Part shown: piece after piece, positions 17,401-26,647 of the stretch
Layout of the letters: each line of letters opens with the position of its first letter
Numbering within the stretch: the first letter of the stretch is position 1
Assembly (NCBI GenBank): GCA_041666745.1
Contig: JBAYGI010000004.1
Location: 3,440-67,439 of the forward strand
Reading direction: 5' to 3'
From: Candidatus Magasanikiibacteriota bacterium
Lineage (GTDB): Bacteria; Patescibacteriota; Patescibacteriia; Magasanikbacterales; GWA2-37-8
Length of the DNA stretch: 64,000 nt
Position numbers and translations under genes: made by a program
Notes under the pieces: generated by a model
Database searches by the model: none
Told to the model about the DNA's origin: nothing
What the model saw: the letters and a program-made list of their open reading frames with translations, nothing else

Positions 17401-17504
17401 ATAAAAAATATGTTTAAAATCGGCTGTCTTGCGTTGACAAGCCGGTTTTTTGTGATATAGAAATTATGCATGCCCGCGACGTTGGGCTGTGAGGAAAGAG
17501 TCAA

Positions 17505-17858
17505 ATGAGGAGCTTCTGGGAAAAAAACAAAGTACACGTGGTGATATACATGTTCATCGTCGTTAGTGTCGCCCTGTTCGTGTGGCATGGTGAGTTTTTG
17601 GATGGTCTTCGACTCGAACGCGAGAAGATCGTCGTAGAACAAGCCTTGGCCAAGCAGGCACGAGCTAAGATGGTCGCCAAGGAGGAGGTGATCGACTCGC
17701 TTCAGTATTTCCGTGATCCGCGAGATCCGCTTGACCCGAGATGTTTCTTGTCGGTTGGGTTGGGGGCTGCGACCGGTGTGACACTTCTCGTGTCCGTTGA
17801 CTGCGCTTCGATCCCGCCAGATCTCCTGCGAGATGTGTTTTCACCCAAGCAGGAGTAG
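17505..17858 (+). CDS. hypothetical protein (one TM) in a high-GC island
   Basis: 117 aa, GAGGAAAGAG SD-like sequence upstream, about 57% GC. No recognised motif. ORF length alone is weak evidence in GC-rich DNA. Confidence 0.3.
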   Translation: MRSFWEKNKVHVVIYMFIVVSVALFVWHGEFLDGLRLEREKIVVEQALAKQARAKMVAKEEVIDSLQYFRDPRDPLDPRCFLSVGLGAATGVTLLVSVDCASIPPDLLRDVFSPKQE

Positions 17859-17861
17859 GGC

Positions 17862-18059
17862 GTGTGGGGCAACTGTTCTTTCAACTATGTTTTTGAATGC
17901 CCATTCCCGCCAATAACTTGGCGAGATGGTATCCAAAAGCATGAGCTGGAGAGGGTGGGAGTTTCGGCTCTGCGCCTCTCCAAACCCTCTGTCGGTTTTG
18001 CCGGCACTGATGAGTCCGACGACTGCTCAACCAAGGACGAAAGGGAAAACTGTGGATAA
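17862..18059 (+). CDS. hypothetical small protein in a high-GC island
   Basis: 65 aa, GTG start 4 nt after the upstream stop, AGGAG upstream. Weak evidence. Confidence 0.2.
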   Translation: MWGNCSFNYVFECPFPPITWRDGIQKHELERVGVSALRLSKPSVGFAGTDESDDCSTKDERENCG

Positions 18060-18153
18060 CTATTGGTTAGTTTTTACAAAATAAGGCTCTTTTTACTTTA
18101 TATTAGCCAAAAACAGGCAAAAAACTTGACAATTTTATATAAACTAGCTTCAT

Positions 18154-18182
18154 TTGACAAAACTTCATTTTTGTATTATTAT
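18154..18182 (+). promoter_or_regulatory. sigma70-like promoter for rpoB-rpoC (TTGACA, 17 nt, TATTAT) with a ~250-nt leader
   Basis: Read directly from the sequence. Confidence 0.4.
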
Positions 18183-18430
18183 TTATCCGCTTTCGTGGAA
18201 AGACCACGTATTCAAAAAAAACGCTTAAGTAAGCAAAAAAGTGGCATTTACCGGTTTGGTAAAAAAGCTGCTTGCAAGGTAATTCAATAAAAAAACCTTC
18301 ATGTTAACCTTGCCGTTTTCCGCTAAAATATAACAAAAAGCCATAAAAGCCTATTTTTTTGGCACTTTTTTTGTTTAAAAATTTTCAACTCTCAATTTTT
18401 TATAAAAAATTTATTTTAAAACTTCACCTT

Positions 18431-21400
18431 ATGCCTGTATTCAAACGCCAAGCACTCAAGGAAAAAGATCGCAAGTTTTTTACGAAAGTAAAAAATACTA
18501 TTCCATTGCCAAACCTAATCGAATTGCAATTGGATTCATACAATTGGTTTGTAAAAAATGGTATTAAAGAATTATTCGAAGAAGTTTCTCCAATTACCGA
18601 TTTCTCCGGAAGAAATTTGGAGCTATATTTTGAAGACTATTATTTGGACGAGCCACGCTTTGATAGCGTGACCTGTAAAAAACGCAACGTTACTTTTGAA
18701 GCCCCTCTACGCATTACCGCTCGTTTGACCAACAAACTAACCGGTCAGAGCAAATCTCAAGAAATTTATTTGGGTGACGTGCCGATGATGACCGAGCGCG
18801 GTACTTTTATTATCAACGGTATTGAACGCGTGATTGTTTCTCAGCTGATCCGTAGTGCCGGTGCTTTTTTCACTGCTCAAAGTGAACGTGGACGTCGTTA
18901 TTATAGCGCCAAAGTTATTCCAAATCGTGGCGCTTGGTTGGAAATCGAAACAGATATCAACAATGCTATTTGGGTAAAGGTAGATCGCAAACGCAAGGTG
19001 GCGGTCACTTCATTATTGCGTGCTTTTGGTTTTGACAATGACGAAGAAATTATCAAACATTTTAAAGATGTAAACAATCATCCAACTATCGACTATATTG
19101 ATGCTACTTTGAAAAAAGATTTGGCAAAAAATATGGACGAAGGTTTGATTGAAGTTTACAAACGTATTCGTCCGGGTGATTTGGCGACTTCTGAAAATGC
19201 CAAAGGTTTGATCCATTCCATGTTCTTTAATTTTGAAAGATACGATTTGGGACGTGTGGGTGTTTATAAATTTAATACCAAATTTGATTTGGCTTCCAAG
19301 TCTGAAGATTATGACAACAAAGAAAATCGAGTATTGTCAGTAGAAAAATTGTTGGCGGTAATCAAAGAAGTAATTCGTTTGAATGTAACTCAAGAAGAAC
19401 CGGATGATGTGGATCACTTGGGCAATCGTCGTATTCGCGCGGTTGGTGAACTTGTACAAAATCGTTTTCGTGTTGGTTTGGCTCGTATGGAACGCATCGT
19501 CAAAGATCGCATGAGCACTTATGAGGTAGATCAATTGGTACCAAACAAAGTTATCAATGCTCGTCCGGTGATGAGTGCCATTCGTGAATTCTTTATGAGT
19601 TCACAGATGTCTCAATTCATGGATCAGCACAACCCACTTTCTGAACTCGAACACAAACGTCGTTTGTCCGCTTTGGGTCCTGGTGGTTTGTCTCGTGATC
19701 GCGCCAGTTTTGAAGTTCGCGATGTGCACACTACTCACTATGGTCGTATTTGTCCGATTGCCACTCCTGAAGGTCCGAATATTGGTTTGGTGAATCATCT
19801 TTCCAGTTATGCTCGTATCAATGAATTTGGTTTTATTGAAACCGCTTATCGCAAAGTATTGCGTGAAGTAAAAAATGACGCCACCTTGACTGAAGGAGAA
19901 ATTTTACGTGGTGATGTCGGTGGTACAAAAGATGGCACCAAAATTACCAAAGAAATCGCTGCCAAATTGGCCAAAGAAAAAATTGCGGTAATTCAAGTGA
20001 AACCACGCGTTACCAATGAAGTGGTATATTTGAGTGCGTTCAAAGAAGAAAAATACACTACTGCTTCTGCCAGAACAAAGTTGGATGAAGATGGTTATTT
20101 CCTAGAAGATTATGTGCCGGCTCGTGTAAATTCAAAACCGGGTGTGGCCAAAACTATTGATTTGGAATTTATTGATGTTTCTTCCGCTCAAATTGTGAGT
20201 GTGGCAACTTCTTGTATTCCATTTTTGGAACATGATGACGCTACTCGCGCGTTGATGGGTACAAACATGCAAAGACAGGCTGTGCCTTGTATTCGTCCTG
20301 AACCTCCATTGGTTGGAACTGGTGTTGAACATGAAGCCGCAGTATATTCCGGTCAGGTAGCTATTGCTGATGAAGATGGTGAAATTACCGAATGCGACGG
20401 ATCTCATGTGGTATTGCAAGGTAAAAAAGAAACTCATACTTATAGTTTAAATAAATTTATTCGCGCCAACGCGGCTACTTGTATCAATCAACATCCGACA
20501 GTAGTAGTTGGTCAAAAAGTAAAAAGAGGACAATTTTTGAGTAACGGTCCAAGTATCGCCGAGGATGAATTGGCACTTGGTCAAAATATGTTGGTTGCCT
20601 ATATGGCTTGGGATGGTTTCAATTATGAAGATGCGGTAATTTTATCTGAACGCGTTGTGCACAAAGACCGTTATACTTCTATTCATATTGAAGACTATAC
20701 TATCGATGTTCGTGAAACAAAGCTTGGACCGGAAGTTGTTACTTCAGATATTCCAAATGTTTCTGAAGAAAAATTAAAAAATTTAGATTCCGAAGGTATT
20801 GTGCGTATTGGAGCTGAAGTAAAATCCGGCGACATTTTGGTTGGTAAAATTACTCCAAAAGGTGAAACCGAATTAAGCGCTGAAGAAAGATTGTTGCGCG
20901 CCATCTTCGGTGAAAAAGCTCGCGACGTTCGTGACTCTTCCTTATATCTGGAACACGGTGAACACGGAAAAGTAATCGGTATTCAAGTATTTTCTGAAGA
21001 AGCCGGCGATAAATTGGAACCGGGTGTAATAAAACAAGTACAGATCACTGTAGCGGATATGCGCAAAATTCAAGTTGGTGATAAAATGGCCGGTCGTCAC
21101 GGAAACAAAGGTGTTATTTCCAAAGTGGTACCTTCTGAAGATATGCCTTTCTTGGAAGATGGCACACCAATCGATATTATTTTGTCTCCACTCGGTGTTA
21201 TTTCTCGTATGAACTTGGGTCAGCTTTTGGAAACTCATCTTGGTTTAGCCGCCAATGCTTTGGGTTACAAAGTAGCCACTCCGGTATTAAACGGTGTGAC
21301 TGAAGAACAAATTTATGGAGAATTGGAAAAAGCCGGTTTGCCACTTTCCGGTCAAGCTCAGCTTTATGATGGACGCACCGGTGAAGCTTTTGATCACAAG

Positions 21401-21874
21401 ACTACGATTGGTTACAACTACATGTTGAAACTAAACCACATGGTGGAAGATAAAATCCATCAACGTAGTATTGGTCCATATAGTTTGATTACTCAACAAC
21501 CACTTGGCGGTAAAGCGCAATTTGGTGGTCAGAGATTTGGTGAGATGGAAGTTTGGGCACTGGAAGCTTATGGTGCCGCCCATACTTTGCAAGAAATTTT
21601 GACTATCAAATCCGACGATGTTCCAGGTCGCTCCAAAGCTTATGAAGCGATAATAAAAGGTGAAGAAATTACTCGTGTAAATATTCCAGAGTCCTTCAAT
21701 GTATTGGTACGTGAAATCAAAGGTCTTGGTTTGGAAGTAGAATTATTAAAACGTTCTGAATCCGGAGAATTTACAACTGTAGAAGAAGTTGTCACTGATG
21801 AACAAAAACAAAATAAGAAAAGTGAAAATGCTCTTGATGATTTGAATAGTCACCAGGAAACTTCTAATAAATAA
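18431..21874 (+). CDS. rpoB: DNA-directed RNA polymerase subunit beta
   Basis: Full set of beta-subunit conserved blocks. Start at MPVFKRQ; the raw ORF begins 24 codons upstream. Confidence 0.97.
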   Translation: MPVFKRQALKEKDRKFFTKVKNTIPLPNLIELQLDSYNWFVKNGIKELFEEVSPITDFSGRNLELYFEDYYLDEPRFDSVTCKKRNVTFEAPLRITARLTNKLTGQSKSQEIYLGDVPMMTERGTFIINGIERVIVSQLIRSAGAFFTAQSERGRRYYSAKVIPNRGAWLEIETDINNAIWVKVDRKRKVAVTSLLRAFGFDNDEEIIKHFKDVNNHPTIDYIDATLKKDLAKNMDEGLIEVYKRIRPGDLATSENAKGLIHSMFFNFERYDLGRVGVYKFNTKFDLASKSEDYDNKENRVLSVEKLLAVIKEVIRLNVTQEEPDDVDHLGNRRIRAVGELVQNRFRVGLARMERIVKDRMSTYEVDQLVPNKVINARPVMSAIREFFMSSQMSQFMDQHNPLSELEHKRRLSALGPGGLSRDRASFEVRDVHTTHYGRICPIATPEGPNIGLVNHLSSYARINEFGFIETAYRKVLREVKNDATLTEGEILRGDVGGTKDGTKITKEIAAKLAKEKIAVIQVKPRVTNEVVYLSAFKEEKYTTASARTKLDEDGYFLEDYVPARVNSKPGVAKTIDLEFIDVSSAQIVSVATSCIPFLEHDDATRALMGTNMQRQAVPCIRPEPPLVGTGVEHEAAVYSGQVAIADEDGEITECDGSHVVLQGKKETHTYSLNKFIRANAATCINQHPTVVVGQKVKRGQFLSNGPSIAEDELALGQNMLVAYMAWDGFNYEDAVILSERVVHKDRYTSIHIEDYTIDVRETKLGPEVVTSDIPNVSEEKLKNLDSEGIVRIGAEVKSGDILVGKITPKGETELSAEERLLRAIFGEKARDVRDSSLYLEHGEHGKVIGIQVFSEEAGDKLEPGVIKQVQITVADMRKIQVGDKMAGRHGNKGVISKVVPSEDMPFLEDGTPIDIILSPLGVISRMNLGQLLETHLGLAANALGYKVATPVLNGVTEEQIYGELEKAGLPLSGQAQLYDGRTGEAFDHKTTIGYNYMLKLNHMVEDKIHQRSIGPYSLITQQPLGGKAQFGGQRFGEMEVWALEAYGAAHTLQEILTIKSDDVPGRSKAYEAIIKGEEITRVNIPESFNVLVREIKGLGLEVELLKRSESGEFTTVEEVVTDEQKQNKKSENALDDLNSHQETSNK

Positions 21875-21885
21875 TTTTTTCTTCT

Positions 21886-24800
21886 ATGAACCATGATTCA
21901 AATAAAAATACAAACTTTGACGCGATTCGTTTGCGTCTGGCCTCTCCTGAAATTATTCGCGGATGGTCGTTTGGTGAAGTAAACAAACCGGAGACGATCA
22001 ACTATCGTACTCAAAAACCGGAAAAGGGTGGTTTGTTCGCTGAAGAAATTTTTGGGCCGACCAAAGATTGGGAATGTTATTGTGGAAAGTATAAAAAAAT
22101 TCGTTACAAAGGAATTGTTTGTGACAAGTGTGGAGTAGAAGTTACTACCTCATTGGTTCGTCGTGAACGTATGGGTCATATCGAATTGGCCGCTCCGGTA
22201 GCTCACATTTGGTTCTTGCGATCCGTACCTTCCAAAGTCGGTTTGATTTTGGATGTACCGGTTCAAGCTTTGGAAAAGGTAATTTATTTTGCCGCATTTA
22301 TTATTTCTCATGTTGATGAAGAAGGTAAACGCAAAGCTAGTGATCAGATGCGTCAAGAATACAAAACCAAAAAGAAACAAATTGAACATGAATCTGAAAC
22401 AGAAATTAAAAAAGCCAATGATCAAAAATTGGGCGCTGAATTTTTGGAAAAGGTTCAACATGAAACTGATCGCAAGCAACAAGCTTTGGAACAAGATTTT
22501 GTGGCAGCCGATAAAGAATTAAAAGAATTACAAGTTTTGAAAATTTTGTCTGAAAATCGTTATCAAGAATTGTCTTTGCGTTTTGGACATTTGTTTGAAG
22601 CGGGCATAGGCGCTGAAGCGGTTTACAATTTGCTCGAAAGAATAAATATTCCAGATACTATCAAACAGATTGTCGATGAGCAAGTTACTTCCAAGGGCGC
22701 GAAATTGGAACGTTTGATTCGCCGTCATAAATTACTCAACAGTTTGATGGTGAACAAGATTCGTCCAGAGTGGACAATCATGAAATGTATCCCGGTTATT
22801 CCTCCGGATCTTCGCCCGATGGTGGCGCTTGATGGTGGTCGTTTTGCTACTTCCGATTTGAATGATTTGTATCGTCGCGTGATCAATCGCAACAATCGTT
22901 TACGTCGTTTGTTGGATCTGGATGCTCCGGAAGTTATTTGTCGCAATGAAAAACGCATGTTGCAAGAAGCAGTTGATGCTTTGATTGACAATAATGCTCG
23001 TCATGCCAAAACCGTCTTGGCCGCTACCGGTCAAAAACGTCAGTTGCGTTCCTTGGCTGATATTTTAAAAGGTAAACAAGGTCGTTTCCGTCAGAATTTG
23101 CTCGGTAAACGCGTGGACTACTCCGGTCGTTCCGTTATCGTCGTGGGTCCTCAACTCAATATCGATGAATGTGGTTTGCCAAAACGCATGGCACTTGAAC
23201 TTTTCAAACCGTTTATCATGGGTGAAATTATTAAACGTGAATTGGCTCACAATGTTCGTAGTGCCAGTAGATATATCGAAGCTGAACATGATGAAGTTTG
23301 GGATATTTTGGAAGAACTCACTCAAAATACTCGCGTGATGTTGAATCGCGCTCCTACTTTGCATCGTCTGGGTATTCAAGCTTTCCACCCGCGTTTGGTA
23401 GAAGGTAAAGCTATTCAATTGCACCCATTGTGTTGTACTGCTTTCAATGCGGACTTTGACGGCGATCAGATGGCCGTGCATCTACCTTTGACTGCGGAAG
23501 CTCGTTGGGAGGCGGAAAATTTGATGGCTTCAGAAAAGAACTTGCTCAAACCAGCTACCGGTCAACCGGTAATTACTCCTAAACAGGATATTGCTTTGGG
23601 TTGTTTTTATCTTACAAATTATCACAGTAGTGATACCGCTCCGGTAAAAAGATTTTTTTCTTCCATTAAAGATGCCAAATTGGCTTACAAATGTCGTGTA
23701 GTTACTTTGCACGAAAGAATCAAAGTGCGTTTTAGTGAAAGTGAATTAAATAAATTTCCGGAAGGAACCAATAAATTGATAGAAACCTCCTTGGGACGTA
23801 TTTTGTTCAACGAAATTGTGCCGGATAAAATCGCTTATTACAATGAAACTATTACGGTAAAAAAATTAGCCGAAATTATTCGTTTTTGTTTGGAATTTTA
23901 TGATCAAGAAGCGACTGCTCGCTTTTTGGATGAGTTGAAAAATTTGGGTTATCGTTATGTTACAAAATCCGGTTACTCTTTGGGCATTGCCGATTTTCCA
24001 AAGATTGAAGAAAAAACTTCTTTAACTTTGATTGCCGATAAACAAGTAGCTGAAGTGGAAGAACAATATCAGGAAGGTTTGTTGACTCAAGCTGAACGCC
24101 ACGCCAAGATTTTGGAAATTTGGACTTCTACCAAGGACAAAATCGTTGCCAACAATCAAAAGAACTTGGATAAAAATGGTCCAGTATACGCTATGATCGA
24201 ATCCGGTGCTCGCGGTACTTGGGGTCAGCTCGGTCAGGTTATCGGTATGAAAGGTTTGGTGGTATCTCCATCCGGTGATATTATCGAATTGCCGGTAAAA
24301 GGTAACTTCAAAGAAGGTTTTGATGTGCTCGAATACTTTATTTCTTCACACGGTACTCGTAAAGGTTTGTCTGATACCGCTTTGCGTACCGCCAATGCCG
24401 GTTATTTGACTCGTCGTTTGGTAGATGTGTCTCAAGATGTGGTAATTTTGGAAGAAGATTGTGGAGATACCACCGGTGAGGTGTTTACCGTGGCTCAATC
24501 CAAAGAAATGGGTGAGAAGTTGTCTGATCGTGTTTGGGGTCGCTATGTAATTTCTGAAGTTAAAGTTGGTGATAAAGTTTTTGTAAAAGCCGGTGAAGTT
24601 ATCGATGATAAAACCGCTCGTGCGATTGATGAGGCCGGAGTGAATGAAGTTCATGTACACAGTGTTTTGCAATGTAAATTACCAAAAGGTTTCTGTCGCA
24701 AATGTTATGGCTATGATTTGGCTCACAACAAACCGGTAGAATTTGGTACAGCTGTCGGTATTATCGCCGCTCAATCTTTGGGTGAGCCTGGTACTCAGCT

Positions 24801-25764
24801 CACGTTGCGTACTTTCCACGCCGGTGGTGTGGCTGGTGGCGATATCACTCAAGGTTTGCCTCGTGTAGAAGAATTGTTCGAATGTCGTCCTCCAAAACGT
24901 AAAGCAGTTTTGTCTGAAGTAGATGGTAAAGTGGAAATCGAAGATGCGGACGGCAAGATTGTAACTTCGCCAACCGGTAAAAAGATTTTTGAAGGCCGTC
25001 GTGGACAAAAAATCCTCAAAGTTCATTTTGAAGGCATGGAAGAAACCAAAATCAAATTTGATAGTGGCGATGAAGTGATGGTAAAAGACGGAGATGAGGT
25101 TGAGCCGGGTCAAACTATCTTGGTGCGCGGTGCTTCCGGTGAAGAAGTGGTTGCCAAATATCAAACCAAAGTTAAATTGGGTAAAAATAATTTGCTGTTA
25201 ACTTATGTTGGTCCAAAGGTACGTGAGTATATCATACCGCTTGGGTATAAGTTGTATGTAAAAGAGGGTGAACAAGTAGAAAAAGGACAACAAATGACTG
25301 ACGGTAGTATCAACTTGCAAGAATTGTTTGAGCTCAAAGGACGTCCGGCGGTTCAACGTTATATTTTGCAAGAAGTACAAAATATTTATTCTTCTCAAGG
25401 TCAGAAAGTAAACGACAAACACGTGGAATTGCTTATCTGCCAAATGTTTAGTCGTGTACAAATAGAAGAAGCCGGTGATACCGAATTGTTACCTGGTGAA
25501 GTGGTGGAAAAAGCACAATTTATGTATGCCAACCAGATGGCCAAAAAGAATGGTGGAAAATTGTCCACTTCCAAAGAATTATTGTTTGGTGTATCGCGCG
25601 TGGCACTATCCACTCAAAGTTTCTTATCGGCTGCTTCCTTCCAAGAAACCGCCAAAGTATTGATCAATACCGCATTAACCGGCAAGATTGACTATCTCGA
25701 AGGTTTGAAAGAAAATGTGATTATTGGGCGATTGATACCGGCTGGTACTGGGTTTAAACAGTAA
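21886..25764 (+). CDS. rpoC: DNA-directed RNA polymerase subunit beta'
   Basis: Zn-finger CYCGKYKK...CDKCGVEV, catalytic NADFDGD, bridge helix and trigger loop regions. Confidence 0.97.
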   Translation: MNHDSNKNTNFDAIRLRLASPEIIRGWSFGEVNKPETINYRTQKPEKGGLFAEEIFGPTKDWECYCGKYKKIRYKGIVCDKCGVEVTTSLVRRERMGHIELAAPVAHIWFLRSVPSKVGLILDVPVQALEKVIYFAAFIISHVDEEGKRKASDQMRQEYKTKKKQIEHESETEIKKANDQKLGAEFLEKVQHETDRKQQALEQDFVAADKELKELQVLKILSENRYQELSLRFGHLFEAGIGAEAVYNLLERINIPDTIKQIVDEQVTSKGAKLERLIRRHKLLNSLMVNKIRPEWTIMKCIPVIPPDLRPMVALDGGRFATSDLNDLYRRVINRNNRLRRLLDLDAPEVICRNEKRMLQEAVDALIDNNARHAKTVLAATGQKRQLRSLADILKGKQGRFRQNLLGKRVDYSGRSVIVVGPQLNIDECGLPKRMALELFKPFIMGEIIKRELAHNVRSASRYIEAEHDEVWDILEELTQNTRVMLNRAPTLHRLGIQAFHPRLVEGKAIQLHPLCCTAFNADFDGDQMAVHLPLTAEARWEAENLMASEKNLLKPATGQPVITPKQDIALGCFYLTNYHSSDTAPVKRFFSSIKDAKLAYKCRVVTLHERIKVRFSESELNKFPEGTNKLIETSLGRILFNEIVPDKIAYYNETITVKKLAEIIRFCLEFYDQEATARFLDELKNLGYRYVTKSGYSLGIADFPKIEEKTSLTLIADKQVAEVEEQYQEGLLTQAERHAKILEIWTSTKDKIVANNQKNLDKNGPVYAMIESGARGTWGQLGQVIGMKGLVVSPSGDIIELPVKGNFKEGFDVLEYFISSHGTRKGLSDTALRTANAGYLTRRLVDVSQDVVILEEDCGDTTGEVFTVAQSKEMGEKLSDRVWGRYVISEVKVGDKVFVKAGEVIDDKTARAIDEAGVNEVHVHSVLQCKLPKGFCRKCYGYDLAHNKPVEFGTAVGIIAAQSLGEPGTQLTLRTFHAGGVAGGDITQGLPRVEELFECRPPKRKAVLSEVDGKVEIEDADGKIVTSPTGKKIFEGRRGQKILKVHFEGMEETKIKFDSGDEVMVKDGDEVEPGQTILVRGASGEEVVAKYQTKVKLGKNNLLLTYVGPKVREYIIPLGYKLYVKEGEQVEKGQQMTDGSINLQELFELKGRPAVQRYILQEVQNIYSSQGQKVNDKHVELLICQMFSRVQIEEAGDTELLPGEVVEKAQFMYANQMAKKNGGKLSTSKELLFGVSRVALSTQSFLSAASFQETAKVLINTALTGKIDYLEGLKENVIIGRLIPAGTGFKQ

Positions 25765-25782
25765 AAAAGTTTAAAAAAAGAG

Positions 25783-25812
25783 TGTTTAACAGCACTCTTT
25801 TTTTGTTGACTT
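25783..25812 (+). terminator. intrinsic terminator after rpoC
   Basis: AAGAGTG tttaacag CACTCTT followed by TTTTTTG. Confidence 0.55.
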
Positions 25813-25866
25813 TTTGTTTTGTTGTGCTATGATTTTGGTGGTTCGTTCTTTCGTTTAGGAGGGAAC

Positions 25867-26547
25867 ATGGGAAAGAGAAAAGGTTGGTCCTGGGGCAAGT
25901 TGTCACTAGGACGTGAAGTGGTTCGTGCTCTGTTTCACTGGCTCTGTGGTATGGCAATGTGGTTGATAATGCACCCATTGCCGATACCGGACGTAGCTGT
26001 CTGGATCTGCGGAGTCGTAATTTTCGCCACCTTCATGGTGTTTCGGCACGTGCGTGGTTCGCGCGCGGTTCGTTTCGCCAGTTTCAACCACGTCATCGAT
26101 CGATGGTTGGCGAGGGATGTCGAAAAAGGACAAATGACGGCTGCATGGCCAACGTACGTTGGTTGCCTATTCGCATGGGTAATCATCTGTGCGTGTAATA
26201 CCCGTTGGATCGGAGCGCTCACCGCCTTGCTGTTTGGCATGGTGGATCCGCTCGCTCGATTGGGTATGAAGTGGCCAATAACCAAGCGGTTCAAGAACGA
26301 GAAGTCGTGGGGTGGGCTCCTATTTGGCTTTCTGGGTGGTTTGCTGGCGGTCGGTCTGATCGCCATCGTTTGCCACTGCGGAGTGCCACTGGTCGCCGCA
26401 CCAAGGTTCGAAATCCTCGTTATCGTGTACGCAGTCGGAGTCGTGTCTGCGTCACTCTTTGAGCTTCGCGGAGGGAGATGGGACAATTTCATCATACCTG
26501 CCGGGACGACCGTCGCAATGACGGTTGCATACTATGCTCTCCTCTAA
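25867..26547 (+). CDS. integral membrane protein, CTP-dependent polyprenol/diacylglycerol kinase-like (DUF92/SEC59/CdsA-like motif), high-GC island
   Basis: AGGAGG SD 5 nt before the ATG at 25867. 5-6 TM helices. A KRFKNEKSWGGLLFGFLGG motif resembles the CTP-transferase family signature. About 57% GC. Weak family call. Confidence 0.35.
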   Translation: MGKRKGWSWGKLSLGREVVRALFHWLCGMAMWLIMHPLPIPDVAVWICGVVIFATFMVFRHVRGSRAVRFASFNHVIDRWLARDVEKGQMTAAWPTYVGCLFAWVIICACNTRWIGALTALLFGMVDPLARLGMKWPITKRFKNEKSWGGLLFGFLGGLLAVGLIAIVCHCGVPLVAAPRFEILVIVYAVGVVSASLFELRGGRWDNFIIPAGTTVAMTVAYYALL

Positions 26548-26560
26548 TCCCAGGAAAATT

Positions 26561-26596
26561 CCGCCGACCCCCGAGGGTCGGCGTTGCGTTTTTTGG
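26561..26596 (+). terminator. intrinsic terminator
   Basis: GCCGACCC ccga GGGTCGGC followed by GTTGCGTTTTTTGG. Confidence 0.6.
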
Positions 26597-26647
26597 TTAA
26601 ATACGGTAGATTATAGGTAGTCAATTTCAATTTTTATAGAAAATTAT

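Noticed and set aside
778-18058. Replication origin (oriC) inferred from DnaA boxes
   Set aside because: Only three boxes scattered over 17 kb, with no cluster, no AT-rich DUE context and no dnaA/dnaN nearby. More likely regulatory or coincidental.
17460-18060. GC-rich islands as structured RNA genes (RNase P RNA, tmRNA, SRP RNA, group II intron)
   Set aside because: Hallmark motifs (RNase P AGGAAAGTCCGGGCTCC / GGTAAGAGCGCACC, tmRNA tag plus tRNA-like 3' end, intron domain V) could not be found by eye. Not fully excluded, so an Rfam scan is recommended.
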